A program made the translations under genes and the position numbers. Shown here piece after piece: positions 29,042 to 37,837 of a stretch of DNA of 64,000 bases. Each line of letters starts with the position of its first letter. Position 1 is the first letter of the stretch. This DNA comes from a virus (Duplodnaviria > Caudoviricetes), in the IMG/VR virus record IMGVR_UViG_3300043442_000931, positions 5,574 to 69,573 of that record; one strand, 5' to 3'. Below the pieces are notes generated by a model. It worked only from the letters and a program-made list of their open reading frames with translations. It did not search any database and was not told the origin of the DNA.

Positions 29042-30936
29042 CAGATAGTCCCCCGCAGAATCGCCCGGTCCAGTTCACTCAACAGCTCCACTCCCGTACA
29101 GCCCTGTAGGGTGGCCTGGGCGGCGCTACGCGCCCCGCGCAGATTGCCGAACCCAACCAGCAGTGCTGCTTCGGTGGGACGCCCCGCTTCGTCGGTCCGC
29201 ACAGCCTTGTACAGCTTGGTGCTGTCGCTGCCACCCAGCACCACCCGGTCGTAGCCGTTGCGGGCTGGGTGCCCATACCGATCCACCAGATAGCCGTGGC
29301 CGGGCGTTCGCCCGCTAGTGCGTTGGGTGACCGCAACCGTCAGACCATCAACGCGAATCAACTCCACAGGGTCAGCCGCATCCATCTTCATACCCAGCTC
29401 GGCCAGATAACGGTTGAACTCCTCGTCGCTCATCTGGGTCAGGTCGGGGGCGGTATCGCCCCCTGCGTTGGGGTCATTTCCTGCTGGTTGGTCTGGTTGG
29501 ATGGGGTCCGTGCCCGGCGGGGTTTGGGCGTTCGGATCGGCACCCGGCATTCCCTGCTGGCCAGGAACCATTCCCGGCTGGGGTTGTTGGCTGGGATCCA
29601 ACGACTCATCCAGCACCACTTCAATCGAATAGTCGGTGCCGCCGAAGCGGGACTCGCGGATTTCCTTCGCGGCCACCGCACCCATCTGCACATAGGTGTT
29701 GTCGGCCTGGGCCATCTGGACTCGGAGTGCCACTTCCTCCTCTTCGGTGCGCGAGAAGATGGGCGGGAACACCACCTGCCATTCCTGGGGTTCGCGGCCT
29801 TTGGTCGGACCCTCCTGGCTCAGGAAGATCAGACGGCACAGTTCGCGGAACGGCTTTTCGATGTGCGAACTCTGCCAGTTCCCAACCAGTTGCGCCCAGG
29901 CCCGCTCTTCGTATCGGCCTTCCTTGCCCAGCCCGCCGGGCGACTCACCCATCAACAAGGTGCGGGGAATGCCGGTCGCCGCCTGGAGGTCCATCGTGAT
30001 GCGGTCCATGACCCCATCCGTCCCCGTCAGGTTGCGGTTGATGAACGCCACTTCCTCGCCCTGGTCGATCACCATCCCCCCATACAGGGAACGGGCCAGG
30101 GTATTCGCTTCCAGCCGCCGCTTGAGTGCGCTCTCCTGGCCTGCCGCCACCTTCTGGGCCAGACCGGGGAGCGTATGCACAAACAGGTCACTCTCCAGCA
30201 GCATGTTCCCCAACGCTTGAACGCAGGAGCCGTAGTTTTTATAGCTCTGCCATAAGAGCTGTAAAACCGATAAGCCCCACCCGTTATTGCGCTGCCGCAA
30301 ATCCCAGGGCAGATACATGCCGTCGAACCTCAAGACCCTGGACCTATGCACCAACTCATAGGTCATCCCCAGGTTGGTTTCCTGCCCCTGGAGGGGGACG
30401 GGCTTACTGGTTGAGATGCGATAGTAATCGGGATTCTCGTAGTTCCAGATGGACGTTGTTCCGTCCGGGTGGATTTGATAACGCGATAGTGGCACTACAC
30501 CCCGGACGGCGCGAATGCGTTTTTCATTGATAGGCTTGTCATGATTCTGGCCATCGTCAACCAGAATCAGCAGAACAGCACCACCGTAAAGTCGCTGTAG
30601 CTTTATCACTTCCACTAGCTTGTGGAAGAAGCGCATATCACCCAACAGCATCTCCAGGCTGGAGATGACTTTGGTATCGGTGGTATCGCCACCCAGTTGG
30701 ATGGTGGGATGCTCCCGAACGCATTCATCCGCAATCAGGTCCACGACCCGACGTGGGATCGGGTCCATATACAACGCTTCCAGCTCACTCTGACTCAGAT
30801 AGGGCTGCTGGATGATCGCTGTATAGGCAGACTTGTCCTTGCTGGTTCCCAGACCGCTAACAGCGTTAATCAGCGCCCCATCCAGCCGCGCATCATCCAC
30901 CAGGGACACTGATTCGTCTGGCATACCCGCAAACAC
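29041..30936 (-). CDS. Portal protein (DUF1073 / anti-CBASS Acb1-like family) with C-terminal extension
   Basis: RLDGALINAVSGLGTSKDKS, RLYGGA, HRSRVLRF, TGIPRTLLMGESPGGL. Confidence 0.9.
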   Translation of the reverse strand: MFAGMPDESVSLVDDARLDGALINAVSGLGTSKDKSAYTAIIQQPYLSQSELEALYMDPIPRRVVDLIADECVREHPTIQLGGDTTDTKVISSLEMLLGDMRFFHKLVEVIKLQRLYGGAVLLILVDDGQNHDKPINEKRIRAVRGVVPLSRYQIHPDGTTSIWNYENPDYYRISTSKPVPLQGQETNLGMTYELVHRSRVLRFDGMYLPWDLRQRNNGWGLSVLQLLWQSYKNYGSCVQALGNMLLESDLFVHTLPGLAQKVAAGQESALKRRLEANTLARSLYGGMVIDQGEEVAFINRNLTGTDGVMDRITMDLQAATGIPRTLLMGESPGGLGKEGRYEERAWAQLVGNWQSSHIEKPFRELCRLIFLSQEGPTKGREPQEWQVVFPPIFSRTEEEEVALRVQMAQADNTYVQMGAVAAKEIRESRFGGTDYSIEVVLDESLDPSQQPQPGMVPGQQGMPGADPNAQTPPGTDPIQPDQPAGNDPNAGGDTAPDLTQMSDEEFNRYLAELGMKMDAADPVELIRVDGLTVAVTQRTSGRTPGHGYLVDRYGHPARNGYDRVVLGGSDSTKLYKAVRTDEAGRPTEAALLVGFGNLRGARSAAQATLQGCTGVELLSELDRAILRGTI

Positions 30937-31008
30937 AATTACCCCTGCCTATCAGGTTAGGAGGGGTTCGGCAAAACTGGTCGGGTTTTGTATGACCAAG
31001 TGGTCGGT

Positions 31009-32400
31009 TCAGATCAAGTCCCACCAATAGCTGGAGGTTTTGGTCTCGTTCTCGTGATAGGTCGCCAAACAGTGGGCCAGTGCCATCACCATGTCATCCC
31101 GATAGCCGGGGGCGGCTTCACGCTTGCGACCATCATCGGACTGGCGGAACCGCTTCAGCTCCTCCACCAGGGGGCAGTCGGCGGGGAACGTCAGATGATT
31201 TCGCTCCAACATCAGACGTATGCGGTCGGTGTTGGCAATCTTGCGGGGTTGGGTGGTCAGCACGGGCTCAAACGGAATGCCCAGGTACTTCTTTTGCAGG
31301 GCTTCCATGACGATCACACCACCCCCATTGGCCTCGACCGACACCAAGGACGGGTTATAGCCATCAATCAGCTCGGCCACCTGATGCAGGCTGTATTCGG
31401 TGGTGCGACCCGCTTCGTAGTACCACCCAACCACCGCATAGGGCGGCTTCGTCATATCCAGCACGATGGCCGCAAAGCAGTCGCTACCGCTGAAGTTGGG
31501 GTCCACCCCAATCCAATAGTTGCGCCCCACCAGACCCTCCTGACGTTCGCCCTGGGTGGCCCGCTCAATCAGCTCCCGGCTGTAGAGTTCGCTGTCTGAG
31601 GCGGCGAAGTCGATTTCGTATTCGACCCGCCATTGCAGATCCGTCAGCTTACGCTTGGCCTTGGTCTTTTCGGCCCATTCAGGATCCGCCGCATAGACGG
31701 GGTGCTGGCTGTAGTGGAGCGTGACTCGGTTCCAATCGTCATCAGCACCATCCCACAGATCCCAATAGAAGCCGCTGCGCCCGTTCGGCGTCGAATTCAG
31801 AACGATCCGACCTCGGTCCCCCAACATGGACAGGGTGGGAGCCGCACTCTGGTACAGGGCGTCGATGTTGGGGATGTACGCCGCCTCGTCAAAAATCAGC
31901 ACCGAGACAGAGGGCAGACCCCGCGAGGCACTGGAGGTGGCAGGCAGGAAATGGATACCACCACGTCCCTCAAAGCTGATAGCGGTGTTGCTCTCGGTTA
32001 GAAATGCGGGACATAGCTCACCCAACGAGTTGGCCATCAAGCGAATACGCTTCCCCAGTTCGCTGGAGTCGTTCTGGGTTTTGCTGAAGACGGCGGCTGA
32101 AAACCCAGGTTCTCGCAGCACTCGCCACAGCAGATAACTGCATAGCGTTTCACTAATCCCTAGCTGGCGGGACTTGGCGATGATGGTGTTCGGGTGGTGC
32201 TCGATGGCATCAACCAGCTCCACCTGAAAGGGGTATGGGTTGAACTTGGAGACCTTGCCGCTGGTGCGGATAGTCGTCAGCTTGGCAAACTCGGCCCAGG
32301 TGTCAGGGATGTCGGTGTGGACTTCAACGTCATCCTGGCGGCGGGCCTGGATCTTGCGCTCCAGCATCTCCGTCCGACGCTTCAAGGCTGTCAGTGCCAC
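31009..32400 (-). CDS. Terminase large subunit
   Basis: IAKSRQLGIS (Walker A), LIFDEAA (Walker B), STPNG, GVDP and DDMVMALA nuclease motifs. Confidence 0.93.
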   Translation of the reverse strand: MALTALKRRTEMLERKIQARRQDDVEVHTDIPDTWAEFAKLTTIRTSGKVSKFNPYPFQVELVDAIEHHPNTIIAKSRQLGISETLCSYLLWRVLREPGFSAAVFSKTQNDSSELGKRIRLMANSLGELCPAFLTESNTAISFEGRGGIHFLPATSSASRGLPSVSVLIFDEAAYIPNIDALYQSAAPTLSMLGDRGRIVLNSTPNGRSGFYWDLWDGADDDWNRVTLHYSQHPVYAADPEWAEKTKAKRKLTDLQWRVEYEIDFAASDSELYSRELIERATQGERQEGLVGRNYWIGVDPNFSGSDCFAAIVLDMTKPPYAVVGWYYEAGRTTEYSLHQVAELIDGYNPSLVSVEANGGGVIVMEALQKKYLGIPFEPVLTTQPRKIANTDRIRLMLERNHLTFPADCPLVEELKRFRQSDDGRKREAAPGYRDDMVMALAHCLATYHENETKTSSYWWDLI

Positions 32401-32773
32401 TCGCTGTATCCTCCAGGCTGGACAGCCGCTTCTCTAGGTGGTGGGTTTCGTACCCGGCGCGGGCCACATCAATCAGCAGTCTGGCAGCGGCCAGACGGTC
32501 AGCGTTGCGGGCATTGCCGTCCTGCATGATGGCGCGGATCGTCTCCACCGCTTCATCATTCGTCTTGAGAGCCCTCAAATAGGTCTGCTCAAACATATAG
32601 GCCCGAACTTCTTCGACAGCCTTCAGGAAGTGGGGGTTCTTCTTGCGCCACTGCCAGATCGCCTGATAGGTACACTGGGCCTTCTCGGCAGCGTCGAAGG
32701 GACGATACCCGTTGGCCAGCGCCTCAGCGGCAACCTGTTGCTGTTTGGTCAGATGCGGATAGTGCTTGTCCAT
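32330..32773 (-). CDS. Terminase small subunit (HTH)
   Basis: LTKQQQVAAEALANG...AAEKAQ...IWQWRK HTH; ADRLAAARLLID; directly upstream of terL. Confidence 0.75.
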   Translation of the reverse strand: MDKHYPHLTKQQQVAAEALANGYRPFDAAEKAQCTYQAIWQWRKKNPHFLKAVEEVRAYMFEQTYLRALKTNDEAVETIRAIMQDGNARNADRLAAARLLIDVARAGYETHHLEKRLSSLEDTASGTDSLEASDGDAGAQDPGPPPG

Positions 32774-32791
32774 GACCAAAAGATAGCCAAT

Positions 32792-32833
32792 AAAAAAGCC
32801 CCACACCCAACCGATTGGCTGGATGCAGGGCTT
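32792..32833 (-). terminator. Possible intrinsic terminator ending the early operon
   Basis: AAGCCC/GGGCTT stem followed on the minus strand by a U6 run, just after the DUF932 stop. Confidence 0.45.
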
Positions 32834-32838
32834 TTGGG

Positions 32839-33861
32839 TTAGCGGGAAACCATCTCGAACGCCACCTTGGTGGCATTGTCGATGACGGACTGACCAGTGC
32901 CGAACCAGATACGGTTCAGACGCTTGGCCGCACGTTCCGTCTCGTCGGTATTGCGACCCTGTTGGTGGGTCTCGTACTCGGTGACGGCTTGGTAGGCACC
33001 CCAGAAGGTGCCACGGTATCCGGGGATTTGATACCCCGTCCCAGCCTCAAAGTTGTTCATCAACTTCTCATAGTGCTGGAGCTTGTCGGGAGCTTCCATC
33101 GTTTTGGTCTCCCGGTTATAGAGCTGCTTGGCGTATACCTTTTGCAGGTACTGCCGGAACAGCTCTGTTGTGCAACTGGTGCGTTGCAGCAGGCCGAAGT
33201 TTTCGACCCCTTCCTTGAATTGCCTGCGCTTCAGGTCAATGAAGTCAGGCATATCGCTGATGCGATCCACCACGTTTTTGGTGTGGCGCAGCTTCAAACC
33301 TTTGCGGTTTGCAGTGACGTACACGTCGCCCGTGTATTGGGCGCGTTCCCGACCGAACACAGCGTTGTGTGCCCAGCCGAGTGTGTTTGCGCACACGACC
33401 CTGGTGTTTGTAAACATCCCGCCGAAGGCGGTTGTTCCATCGTGGCTGTTGAAGACCACTAGGAATGCCTCGCAAGGGTCAGTACCACCTACGTCGGCGA
33501 TACCATCCTTGATGCGGGCAGTGATGGCAATCTTGCGACCACCATCCAACGAAACGGCTGCGTCTAGTTGCAGATCCCCGTCCTGAAGGAGCGGGTCCAG
33601 CATCTGGAAACAGGTCTGGTTCTGAATGACCCCATACGTGTCTCTCACGATGGAGAGGGCCGCTTTGGTGTCGCTTCTGCGAAGCACCTTATAGCCTTCG
33701 ATGGAGCCGTGTTCGTCCTGGGGGTCGTAGTATTCAACCACCCAGTCCATACCCGCCAGCTTCAGGGCTTCAGCGGAATTGGGAGCGTCCGCGACCACCG
33801 TCCCCAGACGGTGCCAAGCGGGCTCTTTGACGAACATTCCAGAGTCGAATTGATGAGCCAT
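32839..33861 (-). CDS. DUF932 phage/plasmid-like protein (anti-defence associated)
   Basis: PAWHRLG, AGMDWVVE, YGVIQNQ, NSHDGT, RVVCANTL, TFWGAYQAVTEY. Confidence 0.9.
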   Translation of the reverse strand: MAHQFDSGMFVKEPAWHRLGTVVADAPNSAEALKLAGMDWVVEYYDPQDEHGSIEGYKVLRRSDTKAALSIVRDTYGVIQNQTCFQMLDPLLQDGDLQLDAAVSLDGGRKIAITARIKDGIADVGGTDPCEAFLVVFNSHDGTTAFGGMFTNTRVVCANTLGWAHNAVFGRERAQYTGDVYVTANRKGLKLRHTKNVVDRISDMPDFIDLKRRQFKEGVENFGLLQRTSCTTELFRQYLQKVYAKQLYNRETKTMEAPDKLQHYEKLMNNFEAGTGYQIPGYRGTFWGAYQAVTEYETHQQGRNTDETERAAKRLNRIWFGTGQSVIDNATKVAFEMVSR

Positions 33862-33891
33862 GATCGTGATCGTGTTCCGTTGTTATGGACT

Positions 33892-33947
33892 GACGGCACT
33901 TAGTTGGTTATCCAGCAGCCCCACGTGGAGGGGTCCGTCCTGCTGCC
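33892..33947 (-). ncRNA. Minimal HDV-like ribozyme #1
   Basis: P1 GGCAGC/GCUGCU, P2 GACGG/CCGUC, P3 CCC/GGG, L3 UCCACGU, P1.1 GG, J4/2 CUAA; predicted cleavage 5' of G33947. Confidence 0.85.
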
Positions 33948-34025
33948 GGGGCCAGGGAGCCAGCTAGCTCCACTTGCCCAGTTCATGATTTGGTTAGCTG
34001 GAGTTATACCAGCTCAAGTGAAATT

Positions 34026-34055
34026 ATTTTATTTCAGGTAGTTGAATCGTGTCAA
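34026..34055 (-). promoter_or_regulatory. Sigma70-type promoter
   Basis: TTGACA-N18-TAAAAT on the minus strand upstream of DUF932. Confidence 0.6.
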
Positions 34056-34056
34056 C

Positions 34057-34380
34057 CTATTCTGGATAAACTCGGATCCGTCCAGACCAGTTGCCCCCCA
34101 CGCCCAGGCGCGAGGCCAAACCTCCAGACATATCCAGCTCACATGTGCCAGAACAGGTATCCGTGACCGGCACGTTATAGACGCAGCGGTCTTTGCGGCA
34201 AACAGTAACGCGCCGCCCAAACCATTGATCTGAGGCGGCGCTAACAGCGGTATGCCAATAGATTTTGCCGCTGGCGGTTGGTCTCCCGTGAAAATCGGGA
34301 TGATAGACCGTACCGTGTGTGGCCATAGCCGGGGCGGCGCTAGTGGCCAGGATTGCCAAACTAGAGAGTAGTTTCTTCAA
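34057..34380 (-). CDS. RlpA-like double-psi beta-barrel protein with signal peptide
   Basis: TTG start KKLLSSLAILATSAAPAMA; FHGRPTASG, VTDTC...LDMSGG. Confidence 0.75.
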   Translation of the reverse strand: MKKLLSSLAILATSAAPAMATHGTVYHPDFHGRPTASGKIYWHTAVSAASDQWFGRRVTVCRKDRCVYNVPVTDTCSGTCELDMSGGLASRLGVGGNWSGRIRVYPE

Positions 34381-34400
34381 ACGTTTTCGCTGAGTTCGAC

Positions 34401-34455
34401 GCCTGTGTTGGTTGGTTATCCAGCTCCACCACGGGGAGGTCACAGGCTGGGAGCC
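34401..34455 (-). ncRNA. Minimal HDV-like ribozyme #2
   Basis: P1 GGCUCC/GGAGCU, P2 GCCUGUG/CACAGGC, P3 ACC/GGU, L3 UCCCCGU, J4/2 CCAA. Confidence 0.88.
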
Positions 34456-34478
34456 GTTGGGGGCCGAAGCCCCACATT

Positions 34479-35303
34479 CTAGATTTCGGTCAGCAGCTCC
34501 AGGCAATAGGCTTTGGAGCCTACGGGGTGGACGCTAGCGATAGCGCCCTCTGCCGAATAGAGTTCGCGGACTTCGTCCGCATTGGAGGTGGTGGTCAGCA
34601 GCACCTGGGCAGGACGCCCGTCGGTGTACCGGACACACACCACATAGGTCCGCTTGGGTGCCAGGGCACCTTCAGCGGGAGCTTCACTGGAGGAGCGCCG
34701 CTTGCGGGCGACCGCTTTCTCCTGTTTGACCACCTCCAGAGCTTTGGATTGGTGGTCAATCGAGCCCTGGGCGGATCGGGTGATCTGGAGGGCGTCGTTG
34801 ATTGAAATCATCTTGGTTTGGACTGCTTCCAGCACCTCGGGGGATGCTGCAATCAGATCCAGACGGTTTCGGATTGTTTGGACAGACTTGCCCAAACGTT
34901 TGGCAATCTCCACCTCGGTGTGGCCCCAGTTCAGGAGCCGTTGGATGGACTTCGCCTCTTCCAGAGGTGTTAGCTGCTCACCCGTATTGGTGAGCATGGC
35001 TATATAGAGCCTGTCGATGTCCGACATGTTCTTCTGGACCCGGATTACCGGGACTTTGAGTTCGGTAAGCCCTTCCTGCATGAGTTGCAGGCAGGCCCGC
35101 AAACGCCGTTCGCCATCTACCAAGTGGGTTTCGCCATTGACGAACCGCACTTGCAGCGGCGTGATGACCCCCTGTTCGCGGATCGAGTTCTTCAACTCGT
35201 CCAGCTTGTGGGGGTCGAAGTGTTCGCGAGGGTTCCACCCCTCGTCGATAATGATGTCCGCAGGGGACATAACGTAGAAATCTTTGCGCGTGAAATCGGC
35301 CAT
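34479..35303 (-). CDS. ParB/Srx N-terminal domain protein with HTH (RepB/Spo0J-like)
   Basis: WNPREHF, LKNSIREQGVITPL, LVDGERRLRA, LTPLEEA...IAKRLGKS. Confidence 0.88.
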   Translation of the reverse strand: MADFTRKDFYVMSPADIIIDEGWNPREHFDPHKLDELKNSIREQGVITPLQVRFVNGETHLVDGERRLRACLQLMQEGLTELKVPVIRVQKNMSDIDRLYIAMLTNTGEQLTPLEEAKSIQRLLNWGHTEVEIAKRLGKSVQTIRNRLDLIAASPEVLEAVQTKMISINDALQITRSAQGSIDHQSKALEVVKQEKAVARKRRSSSEAPAEGALAPKRTYVVCVRYTDGRPAQVLLTTTSNADEVRELYSAEGAIASVHPVGSKAYCLELLTEI

Positions 35304-35327
35304 GTGATTCTTCCGTTGTTATGGAGT

Positions 35328-35380
35328 TGATCCAATTAGCAAAACCAGCACCACCGCGTGGAGGTTTGGATCACGGTGCC
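35328..35380 (-). ncRNA. Minimal HDV-like ribozyme #3
   Basis: P1 GGCACC/GGUGCU, P2 UGAUCCAA/UUGGAUCA, L3 UCCACGC, J4/2 GCUAA. Confidence 0.9.
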
Positions 35381-35402
35381 ACGGGGCTTGAGCCCCCAAA
35401 CG

Positions 35403-35696
35403 TTATTTGAAATTTGCAAATGCCTGATCAGGATCTACCTCAAGGACTGGAACGCGCATATAGACGCCCTCCGCATGAAGCTCCAAGCAGGCTTTTAGCC
35501 GCAGATAACCATCTACCAATTCAGGAACCCCCAAAGCCCCGCCAATGCGCCGGATACGCAAGGGCTTGAGGACACCATTACGTCGAATGGATTCTTTCAG
35601 CTCTGTAACTTGCTCCTGAGTGTAGGTGTTCGGGTGACAGGCTGGTAGAACCTTGATAAGCCGGGGTTGAATCATGTACACGTCATTGCGAGGCAT
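35403..35696 (-). CDS. Stand-alone ParB N-terminal domain protein
   Basis: ELKESIRRNGVLKPL, LVDGYLRLKAC; ATG MPRNDV at 35696. Confidence 0.75.
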   Translation of the reverse strand: MPRNDVYMIQPRLIKVLPACHPNTYTQEQVTELKESIRRNGVLKPLRIRRIGGALGVPELVDGYLRLKACLELHAEGVYMRVPVLEVDPDQAFANFK

Positions 35697-35721
35697 TATC
35701 GTATCCCGTTGTTGTTTAGGA

Positions 35722-35773
35722 GATCCAATCAGCGAAATCAGCACCACCACGCGAAGGTTTGGATCACGGTGCC
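35722..35773 (-). ncRNA. Minimal HDV-like ribozyme #4
   Basis: P2 GAUCCAA/UUGGAUC, L3 UUCGCGU with compensatory P1.1 partner GA, J4/2 GCUGA. Confidence 0.9.
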
Positions 35774-35805
35774 ACGGGGGCAGTGCCCCCAAAAATGTTT
35801 ACATC

Positions 35806-36147
35806 TTAAGAAATTGCCACTGCACAGAGAATATCATTTCTGACAGTGTCGAGTTCCTGCGTATGATCCAAGCCCAGTGCTTGGGCAAAGGAGCGAATCT
35901 GGGCTTCGGATGCTGCCGCAACGGGCAGCTCTTCCGCCAACAGCTTGTCAATCTGGTCCAGGGCCAGCTTCAGTTTGATAATCATCGCTTCGGGCTTTCC
36001 AGCCACGAATTCGAGGATCGTCTTAGCTAGCTGCCAAACCCAGTGCATGAGCTGCTGGGTTACGGCTTGGACGCCGAGTACCACTCGCTGGATAACGATT
36101 CGCGCCTTGTGAATCAGAGAACGCAGTGCGCTTTTCAGGTCGGTCAT
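35806..36147 (-). CDS. Hypothetical protein
   Basis: ATG MTDLKS preceded by the A/C-rich leader. Confidence 0.65.
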   Translation of the reverse strand: MTDLKSALRSLIHKARIVIQRVVLGVQAVTQQLMHWVWQLAKTILEFVAGKPEAMIIKLKLALDQIDKLLAEELPVAAASEAQIRSFAQALGLDHTQELDTVRNDILCAVAIS

Positions 36148-36478
36148 TTGTGGTTCCTTTGTGTTGTTTGGTTTGGCCGATATTTGTATGCGCCTCGGAA
36201 CCGGGCGCAGCATCCAAAGCCGCAGCGACTTTCAGTCGCAAGCTGTCCGTGGACATACGGCTGTAGTTGCGGATTCTCAAACGTTTGGCGAGAACCAACA
36301 GGTCACGCCGGTTATCTGGAATTGCACTAGGGGCGGGTGGTTCGGGGTGGGTTGGGGGTGGAGCTTCCGCCAAACGTTTGGCAGCAAACAGCTCCACCAG
36401 CCAATCCACAAGCGCCCAAACCAGCGCAGCAAACAGCACCACCGGATAGGCCGGATGGTTACGGTCAATCGTGTTCAT
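36023..36478 (-). CDS. Hypothetical protein with Rho-N-like helical motif (C-terminus overlaps the next gene)
   Basis: RRDLLVLAKRLRIRNYSRMSTDSL; N-terminal hydrophobic segment. Confidence 0.55.
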   Translation of the reverse strand: MNTIDRNHPAYPVVLFAALVWALVDWLVELFAAKRLAEAPPPTHPEPPAPSAIPDNRRDLLVLAKRLRIRNYSRMSTDSLRLKVAAALDAAPGSEAHTNIGQTKQHKGTTNDRPEKRTAFSDSQGANRYPASGTRRPSRNPAAHALGLAAS

Positions 36479-36535
36479 TTGTTTTTCCTAATGCTGGTAG
36501 CGCCACCGTGTAGAGAGTGGGGCGCTAGTTGTTGA

Positions 36536-36544
36536 ATTATACCA
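36536..36544 (-). promoter_or_regulatory. Extended -10 promoter
   Basis: TGgTATAAT on the minus strand just 3' of twister #1. Confidence 0.5.
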
Positions 36545-36558
36545 CGATAAGCGTGGTT

Positions 36559-36610
36559 GCTCCCTCTGCGTTTGAACCCCGGCTTGGGACGGGCGTAGGC
36601 CGCATTAAGC
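36559..36610 (-). ncRNA. Twister ribozyme (type P1) #1
   Basis: GCU UAA UGCG GCC UAC GCCCG UCCCAAGC CGGG GUUCAAA CGCA GAGGG AGC; P1, P2, P4, T1 (CCC/GGG) and T2 (GC/GC) intact; U^A cleavage at 36607/36606. Confidence 0.9.
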
Positions 36611-36633
36611 GTGGGGCCGAAGCCCCACTATGG

Positions 36634-37191
36634 TTAGCAGAAGATGTGGCTCTGATCGCCGTATCGGATCTCGTAGAAGTCGCCGGTTTCCAGCTCCTCC
36701 CACGCACCTTTGTAGTCGATGTTGTGCCGGATCAGATCCGGCAGCGAGTCCACATCCACGCTCTCGTGGATGAATTCATAGGCGAATTCCCAGGCATAGT
36801 CATAGGTGCCTCGGTACGCCTCGGCGAACTCCTCGACGCACCCCCACCGCATGTGGTGGTAGGTACAAGAGTTCCACTTCAGATACAGCTCCCATTCCAG
36901 CTTACGGGCTTCGATTTCTTCGAAGTCCTCGGCAATCTGGCCCAGGTCAGCCAGGGTGGCGAATTCGCCGAGCTGGCCGCCGCATCGTTCGGAGTCGTGG
37001 ATGGCCCACTCCTCGGCGATGTCGCCGGTCTTGCGGGCGTAGGGGGATTGGGCCAGCATGGCCTGGATGGCCTGCTCATGGTCCGTAACCCCATCCAGCT
37101 CCAGCCAGCACCCGTGTAGGATGCCAGCGTTGTAGTCGCTCAAGCTGGCAATGTATACCGCTGGAGCATTTTGAGTTAGAGTGATGGTCAT
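36634..37191 (-). CDS. ardA: Antirestriction protein ArdA
   Basis: VYIASLSDYNAGILHGCWL, EEWAIHDSE, acidic C-terminus with YIDY-like NIDYKG. Confidence 0.9.
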   Translation of the reverse strand: MTITLTQNAPAVYIASLSDYNAGILHGCWLELDGVTDHEQAIQAMLAQSPYARKTGDIAEEWAIHDSERCGGQLGEFATLADLGQIAEDFEEIEARKLEWELYLKWNSCTYHHMRWGCVEEFAEAYRGTYDYAWEFAYEFIHESVDVDSLPDLIRHNIDYKGAWEELETGDFYEIRYGDQSHIFC

Positions 37192-37223
37192 GGAATTTGT
37201 GATTCCGTTGTTTGGTTTACGAC

Positions 37224-37258
37224 CCCTGGGACAGAGAAGTCGCCCAGGGGTTTTTTTT
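37224..37258 (+). terminator. Strong hairpin with T8 run (terminator on + strand; 5' leader hairpin of ardA on - strand)
   Basis: CCCCTGGG-N14-CCCAGGGG-TTTTTTTT. Confidence 0.55.
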
Positions 37259-37293
37259 GCGTGAAACGTGAAATTATCCAATTTCGGAACTGG

Positions 37294-37494
37294 TTAGCGC
37301 CACAGCTTCTCCTCACAGATTCGTGTGGGCTGGCCAACCAAAAGCTGATAGCGTTTGGCGGAAGCCAGACTGTCGAAGTATCGTTCTGCCCACCAGTGGT
37401 GGGTATTGGAGTCATAACGCTCCACCACATATAGCGTCGTCCACTTCGGCACTACCGAGTCGAAGACGATATCGCGTAAGTCGAACGTACTCAT
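37294..37494 (-). CDS. Hypothetical protein
   Basis: 66 aa, start overlaps the upstream stop. Confidence 0.55.
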   Translation of the reverse strand: MSTFDLRDIVFDSVVPKWTTLYVVERYDSNTHHWWAERYFDSLASAKRYQLLVGQPTRICEEKLWR

Positions 37495-37736
37495 TCACAC
37501 GACCCATCAGCTAGAAAGGTGGTGCAACCGTTGGGCAGTCGCCCAATCAGGTGGCCGTTCCACCGCAGCATTGCGGGGCTGTGGGTGGGAGCTATGTCGA
37601 ACCGTAGCTCCCGCAGAATCTCTGTGGGGTGTAGCCCGTAGTCACGACACCACCTATTGAGTAGGTGTCGCTGGGGCTCACTCAGACGCCGCAGGGTTGG
37701 TCCCTGCTCATATGCCTCGTAGGAAGAGAGGATCAT
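37491..37736 (-). CDS. Hypothetical protein
   Basis: 81 aa following ribozyme #5 and its leader. Confidence 0.6.
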   Translation of the reverse strand: MILSSYEAYEQGPTLRRLSEPQRHLLNRWCRDYGLHPTEILRELRFDIAPTHSPAMLRWNGHLIGRLPNGCTTFLADGSCE

Positions 37737-37761
37737 GTTTTGATTCCGATGTTTGGTTAGT

Positions 37762-37814
37762 CACTCGTTGGTTGGTTATCCAGCACCACCGCGAGGAGGT
37801 CGAGTGTTGGTGCC
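37762..37814 (-). ncRNA. Minimal HDV-like ribozyme #5
   Basis: P2 CACUCG/CGAGUG, L3 UCCUCGC (same as the HDV genomic loop), J4/2 CCAA. Confidence 0.9.
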
Positions 37815-37837
37815 ACGGGGCTCGGAGCCCCAGTCCG

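Noticed and set aside
36170-36215. preQ1-I riboswitch
   Set aside because: The pseudoknot topology is similar, but loop nucleotides do not match the preQ1 consensus and the downstream gene is unrelated to queuosine
37200-37260. Additional ribozyme upstream of ardA
   Set aside because: Only a simple hairpin; no HDV L3/J4/2, twister or hammerhead core motifs
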